This document shows positions 36,146-46,474 of a stretch of DNA of 64,000 nucleotides, piece after piece; positions within the stretch are counted from its first letter, which is position 1; each line of letters opens with the position of its first letter. The DNA is from Escherichia coli. Its GTDB lineage: Bacteria > Pseudomonadota > Gammaproteobacteria > Enterobacterales > Enterobacteriaceae. Where the stretch lies: the NCBI RefSeq assembly GCF_003334405.1, contig NZ_QOWM01000011.1, one strand, 5' to 3'. Below the pieces are notes generated by a model. That model had not been told where the DNA came from, did not search any database, and saw only the letters and a program-made list of their open reading frames with translations. A program made the position numbers and the translations under genes.

Positions 36146-37569
36146 AAAATTGCTGGAAGATCCTCGATATAGAGGAAACGACTGACGTCGATATTATCCG
36201 CCGCGCTTATCTGGCGCTGTTACCGTCCTTTCATCCAGAAACCGATCCGCAGGGTTTTAAACAACTTCGTCAGGCGTATGAGGAGGCGCTACGGATTGCG
36301 CAGTCGCCTGCTAAATCTGTTTGGCAACCAGAAGAATATGAGGTAGCAGAACATGAAATTCTGCTCGCCTTTCGTGCGTTACTTGCCTCTGATAGTGAAC
36401 GTTTTCTGCCCTCCGCCTGGCAGCGATTCATTCAGCAATTAAATTATTGCTCGATGGAGGAGATTGATGAATTACGCTGGTCGCTGTGCACAATCGCCAT
36501 GAACACTGCCCATTTATCCTTCGAGTGCGTGGTGTTATTAGCAGAAAGATTGCGGTGGTTACAGGAGGAAAATACCGGGGAAATAGACGAAGAAGAACTG
36601 GAATCCTTTTTATATGCCATTGCGAAGGGGAATGTTTTTAACTTCCAGACCATTCTGCATCTGCCCGTTGCCGTGCAAAATGACACCATCGATTTTTACC
36701 AAATGTTCGCTCGGATTTGGTCATCGCATCCACAATGGCTGACATTGTATTTAGCGCAACATCGCGCAGTGATTATCCCCGATGATGCAAAACTGCACAG
36801 AAATTTACTCCGCTGGTATAGCGCAGGTCGCCTGGATATCCCCGAACTTCTGGATTACGCCCAGTCATGGCGGGAAACTGAACCTGATAATGAAGATGCG
36901 CCTTATTATGAATACGCGCAACGCGTCTATTGTGGAGAAGGCGAAAGCCTGTTGGCAGAACTTTGTGACTACTGGCGCGAGTATCCCTCCACCCAGGCGG
37001 ATGCTTTAATGTTGCAATGGTGCCGTCAGCATCGGGTCGATTATTACCCATTACTGGTGATGATGATTGAAGCGCGTGATCTGGTTAACGATCAGGGAAA
37101 ACCGCTACTTTATGTCCCCGGCGACAGCGCCCGTACGCGTTTTCATTTATACGAAATACTCAGCGATGAAAAACTCTCTGCGCTGGGGCGTTCACTGGTC
37201 GAGATGGTTTTGCACAAAGGACGTAAGCCGCGGATCTCACTCACGCGTGATACAGAACATACCTTATGGCCATTATATCTAGTTGCCAAACAATTAGTGC
37301 AGGCCTGCCAACCTACAGAAGAATCATTAATGCCGATTGTGAGCCGCCTTGATGCAGAAAATCGTTGTCCACTGGAAGCATTAATTATTCGTCGATTATT
37401 AATTCAGGCGGCGAATTTTACCGAGAAGCAAACTGTTGAACCGGAGCCGCAACCGCAGCCAATGCCCGTTGACGATGGTGGGCCAGGCTGTCTGGGCATC
37501 ATTAAAATTATTTTCTATATTTTTATCTTTGCTGGTTTGATAGGGAAAATACTCCATCTGTTCGGGTGA
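36142..37569 (+). CDS. djlB: J-domain-like protein with a C-terminal transmembrane tail anchor (putative HscC co-chaperone)
   Basis: 475-aa ORF; N-terminal J-like helix pattern with HPE in place of HPD; C-terminal hydrophobic segment [20 protein letters not shown]. Confidence 0.85.
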
Positions 37570-37578
37570 CAGTCGACG

Positions 37579-38133
37579 TTAATGTGCGGGAAGCCCGGCA
37601 AGTAATCTTTCCGCATTTTTGTAATGTTGTTTGGCGGCCAGTTTTAACCATTTTTGAGATTCATAATGGTTAACATTAATACCTGAGCCATTTCTGTAGA
37701 TCAAACCTAAAGTATATTGAGCATGAGCATACCCTTGTTCAGCTGCTTCCTTATACCAGAGAATTGCTTTACGGGTGTCGGGTTTGACCCCCAGACCTTT
37801 GAGGTAGATCCACCCCAGTTTACTTTGCGCGCGTGGATTTTCCTGTTCCGCTGATTGCTCATACCAGTATCTCGCCTGTGTATAATCCAGTGGTTTACCG
37901 TCGCTACCATGAAGATAAAATTCTCCAAGGCGATATTGCGACGTTGAGTGACCATGAATCGCGGAAAGCTCCGTGGCTGCCGTGGTGAATGGAAGACTGC
38001 CCGGTGAGCTTAAATAATCAAAGGCATAATTCACCATGGCTTTATCACGCAACGTCGTTTTCTTGGGTTGGCTAATACAGGTAATTGCTGCAACTATAAA
38101 AATTGCGAATATATACATTAATTTTTTATTCAT
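37579..38133 (-). CDS. ybeT: Sel1-like repeat protein with an N-terminal signal peptide or anchor
   Basis: 184-aa ORF; N-terminal [19 protein letters not shown] followed by three Sel1-type repeats. Confidence 0.85.
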
Positions 38134-38234
38134 GTGTGAATGCTTCGATTTTCTTTTTATTTTGAAAGCGTCAAGTTTATACTCATCAATAATAAAAAAG
38201 TAGTCAGTTAATGCACTTAAGGGATTATTAACAA

Positions 38235-38942
38235 ATGAATAAGGAAGAACAATATCTTCTTTTTGCGCTTTCTGCGCCCATGGAAATACTTAATCAGGGT
38301 TGCAAACCCGCGCATGACTCGCCAAAAATGTATACTGGGATAAAAGAATTCGAGCTCTCATCATCCTGGGGAATAAATAATCGTGATGATTTAATTCAGA
38401 CTATTTATCAGATGACTGATGATGGTCATGCCAATGATTTAGCTGGCTTATATCTGACATGGCATCGCTCTTCCCCTGAAGAGTGGAAAGCATTAATTGC
38501 TGGTGGCTCGGAGAGAGGGTTGATTTATACCCAATTCGTTGCCCAAACCGCTATGTGCTGTGGGGAAGGGGGAATCAAAGCCTGGGATTATGTTCGAATG
38601 GGGTTTCTGTCACGGGTCGGTGTGCTCAACAAGTGGCTGACGGAAGAAGAGAGTTTATGGCTGCAATCGCGCGTCTATGTACGAGCTCACCATTACTATC
38701 ACAGCTGGATGCACTATTTTTCCGCCTATTCGTTAGGACGTCTCTACTGGCAATCTTCTCAGTGCGAAGACAACACTTCGCTACGCGAGGCGCTAACCCT
38801 GTACAAATACGATAGCGCCGGGAGTCGTATGTTCGAAGAGCTGGCAGCGGGAAGCGATCGTTTCTATGCCACGCTTCCCTGGCAGCCATTAACTGTCCAG
38901 TCTGAATGCCCGGTAACGCTTAAGGATGTGAGCGACCTATGA
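38235..38942 (+). CDS. ybeU: DUF1266-family protein (paralog of ybeR)
   Basis: 235-aa ORF; stop overlaps the djlC start (ATGA). Confidence 0.85.
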
Positions 38943-40390
38943 AAACATGTTGGCAAATCCTCGAAATTGAAAGCACGACGCAAATAGACATTATCCGCCA
39001 GGCTTATCTTGCTCGCTTACCGTTGTGTCATCCCGAAACCGATCCGCAAGGGTTTAAAGCATTACGCCAGGCCTATGAAGAGGCCCTGCGACTGGCGGTA
39101 AATCCTGTCGAGGAAGCAGATGATGAAGAAAAAGATGCTGCCGCTGAACATGAAATACTACGTGCATTCAGGACATTACTGGATTCAGAAAGTGATCGTT
39201 TTCAGCCTTCCGCCTGGCAGAAATTTATTCAGCAATTAAATACCTGGAACATGGAGGATGTCGATCAATTACGCTGGCCGCTGTGTGCAATCGCCATAGA
39301 AGCGCGATATCTTTCATTAAATTGTGCTTCTTTGCTGGCAGAGCGTTTGAACTGGCATTCATTTAATGACAGCGAAGGAATGGATGAGGAAGAAAGGGAG
39401 GCTTTTCTTGAGGCCATTCAGGCTGGTGATTGTTTCGATTTCCTTAGCCTTCTGGAATATCCCATTGCGTTGCAGAACCAGACTGTTGAGTATTACTTCG
39501 CGCTGGAACGTTGCTGCCGTTACCATCCTGACTATGTCACTGCGTTTTTGGCGATGGAAGGTCCGTGGTTAATTCCTGATGATGCAAAGTTACATCGCAA
39601 ACTGTTGCGCTGGTACAGCTCGGTGCAAACAGGTATGGCGGAACTCATTCCTGTCGCTCAACAGTGGCAAACGGAAGAACCAGAAAGCGAAGATGCCCGG
39701 TATTACTTGTGTGCACAACGTTTGTACTGCGGCGAGGGGGAAAGCCTGCTTGCCGATCTCTGCGCGTACTGGGAAAGTTACCCATCTACACAAGCTGATA
39801 ATTTGTTGTTGCAGTGGAGCAAGCGTCATTGCCCGGATTATTTCGCGTTATTAGTGATGGTTATCGAAGCGCGGAGCATGGTAGATGCGCAAGGTCAACC
39901 GCTGAAATATGTTCCTGGTGAGAGCGCCCGGACGCGGCTGTTATGGGCGGAGATTTTACATAGCGGAAAATTATCGCCGTTAGGTCAATCGTTTATTGAG
40001 TCGTTATTCTTCAAGCGCAAAGCATGGGCGTGGTGGAAATCGAGAGTCGGTAGCGAGACAGAGCAAGATTCACCGTTCCTGGATTTGTATCGGGTAGCGG
40101 AACAGGTAGTACTTGAAGCGTTTCCGAAACAAGAGATGCTGGCCCGTCTTAATACAAGGCTGGAAGGCGGAGATGCTCATCCATTAGAGGCCATTGTCAC
40201 CCGGATGCTTTTGACGAAAGTGAAACTCGAGCCGGAGGATGAAGATGTCGATGAGCCAACACCTGAAAATCATGAAGAAAAAAATGATGAGGGTGAAAAA
40301 CCACAGAGCATTACCAGCATTATCAAAATCAGTTTAACGGTGCTGGTGATAGGTTATGCTCTCGGCAAAATCGCGATGTTGTTTAGCTGA
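38939..40390 (+). CDS. djlC: J-domain-like protein with a C-terminal transmembrane tail anchor (putative HscC co-chaperone)
   Basis: 483-aa ORF paralogous to djlB; HPE motif; C-terminal hydrophobic segment [21 protein letters not shown]. Confidence 0.85.
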
Positions 40391-40410
40391 CGATGTGTTT
40401 TTTGCGCCGA

Positions 40411-40442
40411 TGCCGGATGCAGCGTTTACGCCGCATCCGGCA
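40411..40442. repeat. REP-like palindrome between convergent djlC and hscC
   Basis: tgccggatgcagcgtttacgccgcatccggca resembles the REP consensus (GCCGGATGCGGCG...). Confidence 0.45.
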
Positions 40443-40449
40443 GCCGTGT

Positions 40450-42120
40450 TTATGGGATCTCAATGGCTAAATAATCGCTCGCCCGCCGCCGAACTTCATC
40501 CACGCGGGCCATATCGTTTGACTGCAACGCCGCATCAAAATCGGTGATCACCCGGCCGATCTCTTCTCGCTCGTCACCCAGCGCCCGCGCCCACAACTCT
40601 TCCAGTTTGGCTTTAAAGGTGCGATTGATGAGCATATCGCGCGGATAAATTTTCAATGCGGATAACCGCGTCCGACTCTCTTCAATCTGCTGCGCGCTCA
40701 ATGTTACCGGGCTGTGGTTAATCACTCTGGACTTAACGCTGCCGTCTTCCAGAAGCACGTCAACTTCAAGCAACCCGTTGATATCATAACTAAAGCGAAT
40801 ATCAATCGACTGATAAGCCCCGGTTTTCTTCAACGGCACATCGAAGGATTCCACCAGAATGTTGTTTTTAACTTTGTGGTTTTCTCCCTGATAGACGTTA
40901 ACCGTAATTGAATCCTGTTCCGGGTGCATGGTTGAATAAGTTTCTACACGCGACACGGGCACAGTGGTGTTTCGTTCAATAATCGGCGAGAAAATGCCGG
41001 AAACGCCCTGGCGGTTAACTTCAACGCCCAACGAGTAAGGGCAAATATCAGTGAGGATTACCTCTTCAATATCTTCACTGCGTAAGCGGCAGGCGGCCTG
41101 GATTGCTGCGCCCAGCGCGACAATGGTGCTCGGATCGTAACTTTGATACGGTAATTTGCCAAACAGACGCACGGCGATTCGCTGCACCAGCGGCATTTGT
41201 GACGCGCCGCCAACCAGCACCAGACTGTCGATTTGACTCGGCTTCAGACGCGCATCGCGCAACGCCTGTTCAATCGGCACTCGCAAGCGATTGAGCAGCG
41301 GCAACCACAAATCTTCCAGTTCGTTCTCGTAAAATTCGCATTCCCGCGTTTCTTCCTGATACTGCCAGCGAATGTGCAATGGCGATTGATTGCTACATTT
41401 TGCCGCTTCCACACAGGCGTACAAGGCTGCCAGTTCACTCTCGTTAAGCGTGGTCCTGGCGACATCCGCGCGTTTTAAAACCTCATCGACCAGCATATGG
41501 GTAAAATCTTCGCCACCAAGAAAGTTGTCGCCAGCGGAGGCGTGAACTTCAATCACCGGCGTGGCGTACTCAAGCACCGTAACGTCAAACGTGCCGCCAC
41601 CGAGATCAAACACCAGCGAACGGGTATTTTGTTGGGTATGCAGGCCATACGCCATCGCAGCTGCTGTGGGTTCATTAATTAAGCGTACCGCATTTAACCC
41701 GGCTAACTCCGCTGCTAAACGGGTATGCTTGCGTTGTTCATCGCTGAAATAAGCCGGAACGGAGATCACCACATCTTTAATCGGACGTTGCAGAAATTCT
41801 TCGGCATCTTCTTTTAATGAGCGTAATACCAAAGAGGACAGTTCTGGCGCGTTAAATGTGTCGCTGCCTAACCGCCAGTTGGTATTACTGCCCATTGCAC
41901 GTTTAAATAACGCTGCCGTTTTATCCGGATGCGAAGTACGCCGTGATACAGCCGGTTTTCCGACTAAAATATGATTATTTTCATCCATGCTAATTATGGA
42001 TGGTGTTAAATATTCACCGAACTTATTTGGAATTAATTGCGCGGCACCGTCTTTCCAGACGGCAATTAAACTATTGGTAGTACCGAGATCGATACCAATG
42101 GCGAGTTCTGCATTATCCAT
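40450..42120 (-). CDS. hscC: Hsp70-family chaperone HscC (Hsc62)
   Basis: 556-aa ORF with Hsp70 signatures IDLGTTNS and DLGGGTFD; shorter than DnaK. Confidence 0.9.
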   Translation of the reverse strand: MDNAELAIGIDLGTTNSLIAVWKDGAAQLIPNKFGEYLTPSIISMDENNHILVGKPAVSRRTSHPDKTAALFKRAMGSNTNWRLGSDTFNAPELSSLVLRSLKEDAEEFLQRPIKDVVISVPAYFSDEQRKHTRLAAELAGLNAVRLINEPTAAAMAYGLHTQQNTRSLVFDLGGGTFDVTVLEYATPVIEVHASAGDNFLGGEDFTHMLVDEVLKRADVARTTLNESELAALYACVEAAKCSNQSPLHIRWQYQEETRECEFYENELEDLWLPLLNRLRVPIEQALRDARLKPSQIDSLVLVGGASQMPLVQRIAVRLFGKLPYQSYDPSTIVALGAAIQAACRLRSEDIEEVILTDICPYSLGVEVNRQGVSGIFSPIIERNTTVPVSRVETYSTMHPEQDSITVNVYQGENHKVKNNILVESFDVPLKKTGAYQSIDIRFSYDINGLLEVDVLLEDGSVKSRVINHSPVTLSAQQIEESRTRLSALKIYPRDMLINRTFKAKLEELWARALGDEREEIGRVITDFDAALQSNDMARVDEVRRRASDYLAIEIP

Positions 42121-42203
42121 TGCATTTATATCTTGAAAGAAAAAGAGATAAACAGATTAAGACCACCCAGGTAACGCGTGGTGATCTTAATCAATGACGT
42201 GTG

Positions 42204-43139
42204 TTAAGCGTAAAATTTCAGACGATCAGCCAGTAAATCAACAAAGCCCTGACGATCAACATCGACCATTACGGTGGCATTCGGTTTATTGCCTGTCAGA
42301 TAATAATAATCAACAACCGTCATACCCTGGGTATATTTCCCCTGTGTTTCCACGCCAACCCAGCGCTCAACAGAGGTAAATAACTCCGGTTTCAACAGCC
42401 AGGCGATGGTGCATGGGTCATGCAGTGGTGCGCCGACAAAGCCCCATTTTTCGTCTTTATGATATTCGAGGAAGAAATCCAGCAGTTCGGCAACAATGGT
42501 TGAAACAGGGTTACCAATCGCGCGGAAACGCTCGGTGTCTTCAACGTGGATTTGTGCTTTATGAGTAACATCCAGACCGGCCATCACCACCGGGATCCCT
42601 GACTGGAAGACAATTTCTGCCGCTTCCGGGTCAACGTAAATATTAAATTCAGCCGCAGGCGTCCAGTTACCCAGCCCCATAGCGCCACCCATAATCACGA
42701 TACGGGCAATTTTGCTATGCAGTTCCGGATGGCTATTGAGCAGCAAGGCAACGTTAGTTTGCGGTCCGGTAGACACAATGGTGACAGGTTCCGCACTTTC
42801 ACGCAGCGTTTTCGCCATCAGCTCTACCGCCGTACAGTTTTGCGGTGCGAATGTCGGTTCCGGTAATGCCGGGCCGTCGAGACCGCTTTCGCCGTGCACA
42901 TTGTCCGCGATAATCAACTCACGCATTAACGGTTTTACCGCGCCGCCTGCTACCGGAATATCGGTGCGATTAAGCAAGGTCAGCATACGCAGAACATTGC
43001 GTAAGGTTTTTTCTGGTGTCTGGTTTCCGGCGGAAGACGTAATTGCTTTGACATCAAGCTCTGGTGAGGCGAGGGCGAGAACTATTGCGATAGCGTCGTC
43101 ATGACCTGGGTCGCAATCTAACAGAATTGGCAGTGCCAT
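42204..43139 (-). CDS. rihA: Pyrimidine-specific ribonucleoside hydrolase
   Basis: ORF 42204..43172; start at [16 protein letters not shown] (311 aa) with the nucleoside-hydrolase DxDxxxDD motif. Confidence 0.9.
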
Positions 43140-43256
43140 TGTTGCTCCTTGTTGTGTGCTTCTTTGCGACAAGGGTAACGCCAGGATGTAACAGATACGA
43201 GGGGCGAAACGATAAAGCGTGAGATGGCGCGCAATTGGGTATGCGCGCCAGAGTGA

Positions 43257-43982
43257 TTAATGCAGGATTTTCGCGAGGAAGTCTTTTGCGCGGTCCGATT
43301 TCGGATCATCGAAGAAAGCGTCTTTCGGCGAGTCTTCGACAATTTTACCCTCGTCCATAAAGATCACCCGATTCGCCACTTTACGGGCAAAGCCCATTTC
43401 GTGGGTCACCACCATCATGGTCATTCCTTCGTTCGCCAGTTCCACCATCACGTCCAGTACTTCGTTGATCATCTCCGGATCCAGCGCCGATGTCGGTTCG
43501 TCAAACAGCATCGCAATAGGATCCATACACAACGCGCGAGCGATTGCCACACGCTGCTGCTGACCGCCGGAAAGCTGCGCCGGAAACTTATTGGCGTGAG
43601 CAGAAAGCCCGACACGCTCCAGCAGTTTCAGGGCTTTTTCACGAGCCGGCGCTTTATCGCGTTTAAGCACTTTCACCTGCGCCAGGGTCAGGTTTTCGAT
43701 AATCGACAGATGAGGGAACAGCTCGAAATGCTGGAATACCATCCCGACGCGGGAACGCAGCTTTGCCAGATCGGTTTTCTTGTCGTTAACCACGATACCA
43801 TCGACGGTGATTTCACCTTGCTGCACCGGTTCGAGGCCGTTGACGGTTTTAATCAGCGTTGATTTGCCGGAACCAGACGGGCCGCAAACCACCACCACTT
43901 CGCCTTTTTTCACTTCGGTTGAGCAGTCGGTCAGCACCTGAAAGTGACCATACCATTTTGAAACATTTTTCAGGGTAATCAT
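43257..43982 (-). CDS. gltL: Glutamate/aspartate ABC transporter ATP-binding protein
   Basis: 241-aa ORF with Walker [10 protein letters not shown] and ABC signature LSGGQQQR. Confidence 0.95.
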   Translation of the reverse strand: MITLKNVSKWYGHFQVLTDCSTEVKKGEVVVVCGPSGSGKSTLIKTVNGLEPVQQGEITVDGIVVNDKKTDLAKLRSRVGMVFQHFELFPHLSIIENLTLAQVKVLKRDKAPAREKALKLLERVGLSAHANKFPAQLSGGQQQRVAIARALCMDPIAMLFDEPTSALDPEMINEVLDVMVELANEGMTMMVVTHEMGFARKVANRVIFMDEGKIVEDSPKDAFFDDPKSDRAKDFLAKILH

Positions 43983-44656
43983 TATGCTGTCCTTCTTTTC
44001 AAGTAGCTGACCAACAACGACGCGCTAAGACTAATAACGAAATAAACAAATCCGGCAAACAGGATCATCTCAACCTGCGTACCATCACGCTCACCAATGG
44101 TTGAGGCGGTACGGAAGAAATCGGCCAGGGATAACACATACACCAGTGAGGTATCCTGGAACAGTACGATGCCCTGAGTGAGCAGCAGCGGCACCATCGC
44201 GCGGAACGCCTGCGGCAGAATAATCAGTTTCATCGACTGCCAGTGAGTCATTCCCAACGCCAGCGCGGCGCTCGATTGACCACGAGAAATACTTTGAATA
44301 CCAGCACGGATAATCTCTGAATAGTAGGCCGCTTCAAACATCGAAAACGCCACCATCGCCGAAATTAAACGGATATCATTTTTTGGCGATAATCCCAGCA
44401 CGTTTTGCAGAAAACCCGGCACGATCAGGTAAAACCACAGCAAAACCATAACTAAAGGAATCGAGCGGAATACGTTAACGTAGGCTTTGGCAAACCACGC
44501 CACGGGCGCAAAGCTGGATAAACGCATCACCGCCAGCATCGTGCCCCACAAAATACCAATCACTACCGCCGTGACGGTGATTTTCAGGGTGATCACCAGC
44601 CCGTCGAGCAGATATGGCAGGGAAGGGACAATGGAACTCCAGTCAAACTCGTACAT
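43982..44656 (-). CDS. gltK: Glutamate/aspartate ABC transporter permease
   Basis: 224-aa membrane ORF; 1-nt overlap with gltL. Confidence 0.9.
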
Positions 44657-45396
44657 TATTTGCCCCCCATGTTGCCAGGCAGGCGAACTTTACGTTCAAC
44701 CAGCGTCATCACCAGCATGATAAAAGCGTTAATCAACACATACGCCAGCGTAATGGCGGTAAACGACTCCCAGGCATGGGCTGAGTAATCGAGCAATTTA
44801 CCCGCCTGCGCCGCCATATCCACCAGACCGATAGTCGAGGCGATGGCGGAGTTTTTCACCAGGTTCATCATCTCTGAGGTCATCGGCGGGACGATAACGC
44901 GATAAGCATTAGGCAGCAGTACGTATCGATAAGCCTGCGGTAGCGTCAGGCCCATCGCCAGCGCGGCATTTTTTTGCCCTCGCGGCAGCGACTGAATCGC
45001 GGCGCGTACCTGTTCGCAAACACGGGCGGCGGTAAACAGCCCCAGGCAGAGCATGGATGAAAGGAAAAACTGAATATTGGGATCCAGCTCGGCCTTAAAC
45101 CACATGCCGATTTTCTCCGGCAGCAGCTCCGGGATCACCAGATACCAGGTAAAGAATTGCACAATCAACGGCACGTTGCGGAACAGTTCGACATACAACG
45201 TACCCAGACCAGAGAGAAAACGGTTTGGAACGGTACGTAAAATGCCGAAAAATGAACCGACGAGGAAAGCGATAATCCAGGCGCAGATCGACAAAGCGAT
45301 CGTCACCTGAAAACCACTCCAGATCCAACCAAGATAGGTGGTGTTGCCGAACGGGGCTTGTTGTAAAAAAATACCCCAGTTCCAGTCTATAGACAT
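44656..45396 (-). CDS. gltJ: Glutamate/aspartate ABC transporter permease
   Basis: 246-aa membrane ORF; 1-nt overlap with gltK. Confidence 0.9.
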
Positions 45397-45407
45397 AAAT
45401 CTACTCC

Positions 45408-45443
45408 AGAAAAAAGAGGGTAGCAGCGTTAACTGCTACCCTC
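45408..45443 (-). terminator. Intrinsic terminator in the gltI-gltJ intergenic region (likely SroC 3' end)
   Basis: Perfect 11-bp stem gagggtagcag/ctgctaccctc followed on the minus strand by six U; ends about 2 nt before the gltJ Shine-Dalgarno. Confidence 0.7.
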
Positions 45444-45570
45444 GAAGATTGTTACCCAGCGTATTGCGGTTTTCAGGCCCGATGGGGAACGACCATCAGG
45501 CGTATAGTCTGTCCGTGCTACGTAACAATCGAGAGGGCTGGAATTTCCGCCCCTGGTTCTTGTAATTAGT
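45410..45570 (-). ncRNA. sroC: SroC small RNA region (3'-derived from the gltI transcript)
   Basis: Position in the gltI-gltJ intergenic region ending at the intrinsic terminator; assignment from remembered K-12 annotation; 5' end not determinable from sequence. Confidence 0.45.
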
Positions 45571-46474
45571 TCAGTGCCTTGTCATTCGGTTCTTTGAACA
45601 GTGCTTTCATTTCGTCTGACAGTTCGAAATTCATGTTCAGGTTTTTCGGCGGAATTGGATTTTTGAACCACTTATCAAACCATTTTTCCGCTTCACCGGA
45701 GGTCTGCACCTGAGCGATGGTGTCATCCATCAGCTTTTTGAACTGCGGATCATCTTTACGCAACATACAACCGTAGGCCTCCTGAGACTGCGGCTTGCCG
45801 ACGATTTCCCAGTTGTCTGGTTTCTTCGCTTTCGCACGTTCACCGGCCAGCAGAGCGTCATCCATCATAAAGGCAACGGCACGACCGCTTTCCAGGGTGC
45901 GGAAAGAGTCACCGTGATCTTTGGCGCTGATGATGCGCATATTCATTTTTTGCTCTTCATTCAGTTTGTTGAGCAAAACTTCAGAGGTAGTGCCGGAAGT
46001 GACGACTACGGCTTTGTCTTTCAGGTTGGCAAAATCTTTGATATCGCCACCCTTTTTGGTCAACAGGCGCGTACCGACCACGAAAATAGTGTCAGAGAAA
46101 GCCGCCTGTTTTTGGCGTTCGACGTTGTTGGTGGTAGAACCACATTCAAAATCGAAAGTGCCGTTTTGCAGCAGTGGAATACGGTTTTGTGAGGTAATCG
46201 GAATCAGTTTTACCTGCAAGTCCGGTTTGTTGAGTTTCTTTTTCACTGCTTCAACAATGGCGTTGGAGTAATCCTGCGAGTAACCCACCACTTTTTGCTG
46301 ATTGTCGTAATAAGAGAAAGGCACTGAAGATTCACGGTGACCGACGACAATCACACCGTTTTTGGCGATTTTGTCCAGAGTACTGCCCGCTGCCGGGGCG
46401 GCGTCATCTGCCTGTGCCAGTCCTGCGGAAAGCGCCAGGGCGAGGATTGCTGTGGCAGGTTTACGTAATTGCAT
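45566..46474 (-). CDS. gltI: Glutamate/aspartate periplasmic binding protein
   Basis: ORF 45566..46549 (TTG-initiated in the track); probable true start MQLRKPATAILALALSAGLAQA signal peptide (302 aa). Confidence 0.9.
   Translation of the reverse strand: MQLRKPATAILALALSAGLAQADDAAPAAGSTLDKIAKNGVIVVGHRESSVPFSYYDNQQKVVGYSQDYSNAIVEAVKKKLNKPDLQVKLIPITSQNRIPLLQNGTFDFECGSTTNNVERQKQAAFSDTIFVVGTRLLTKKGGDIKDFANLKDKAVVVTSGTTSEVLLNKLNEEQKMNMRIISAKDHGDSFRTLESGRAVAFMMDDALLAGERAKAKKPDNWEIVGKPQSQEAYGCMLRKDDPQFKKLMDDTIAQVQTSGEAEKWFDKWFKNPIPPKNLNMNFELSDEMKALFKEPNDKALN

Noticed and set aside
34297-42120. Reading the Hsp70 island as a classical toxin-antitoxin, restriction-modification or abortive-infection locus
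   Set aside because: No nuclease, methyltransferase, kinase, NTPase-effector or small-antitoxin-like ORFs are recognisable. The components are repeat, DUF, J-like and Hsp70 proteins, so any defence role is only a hypothesis and is reported as a finding.
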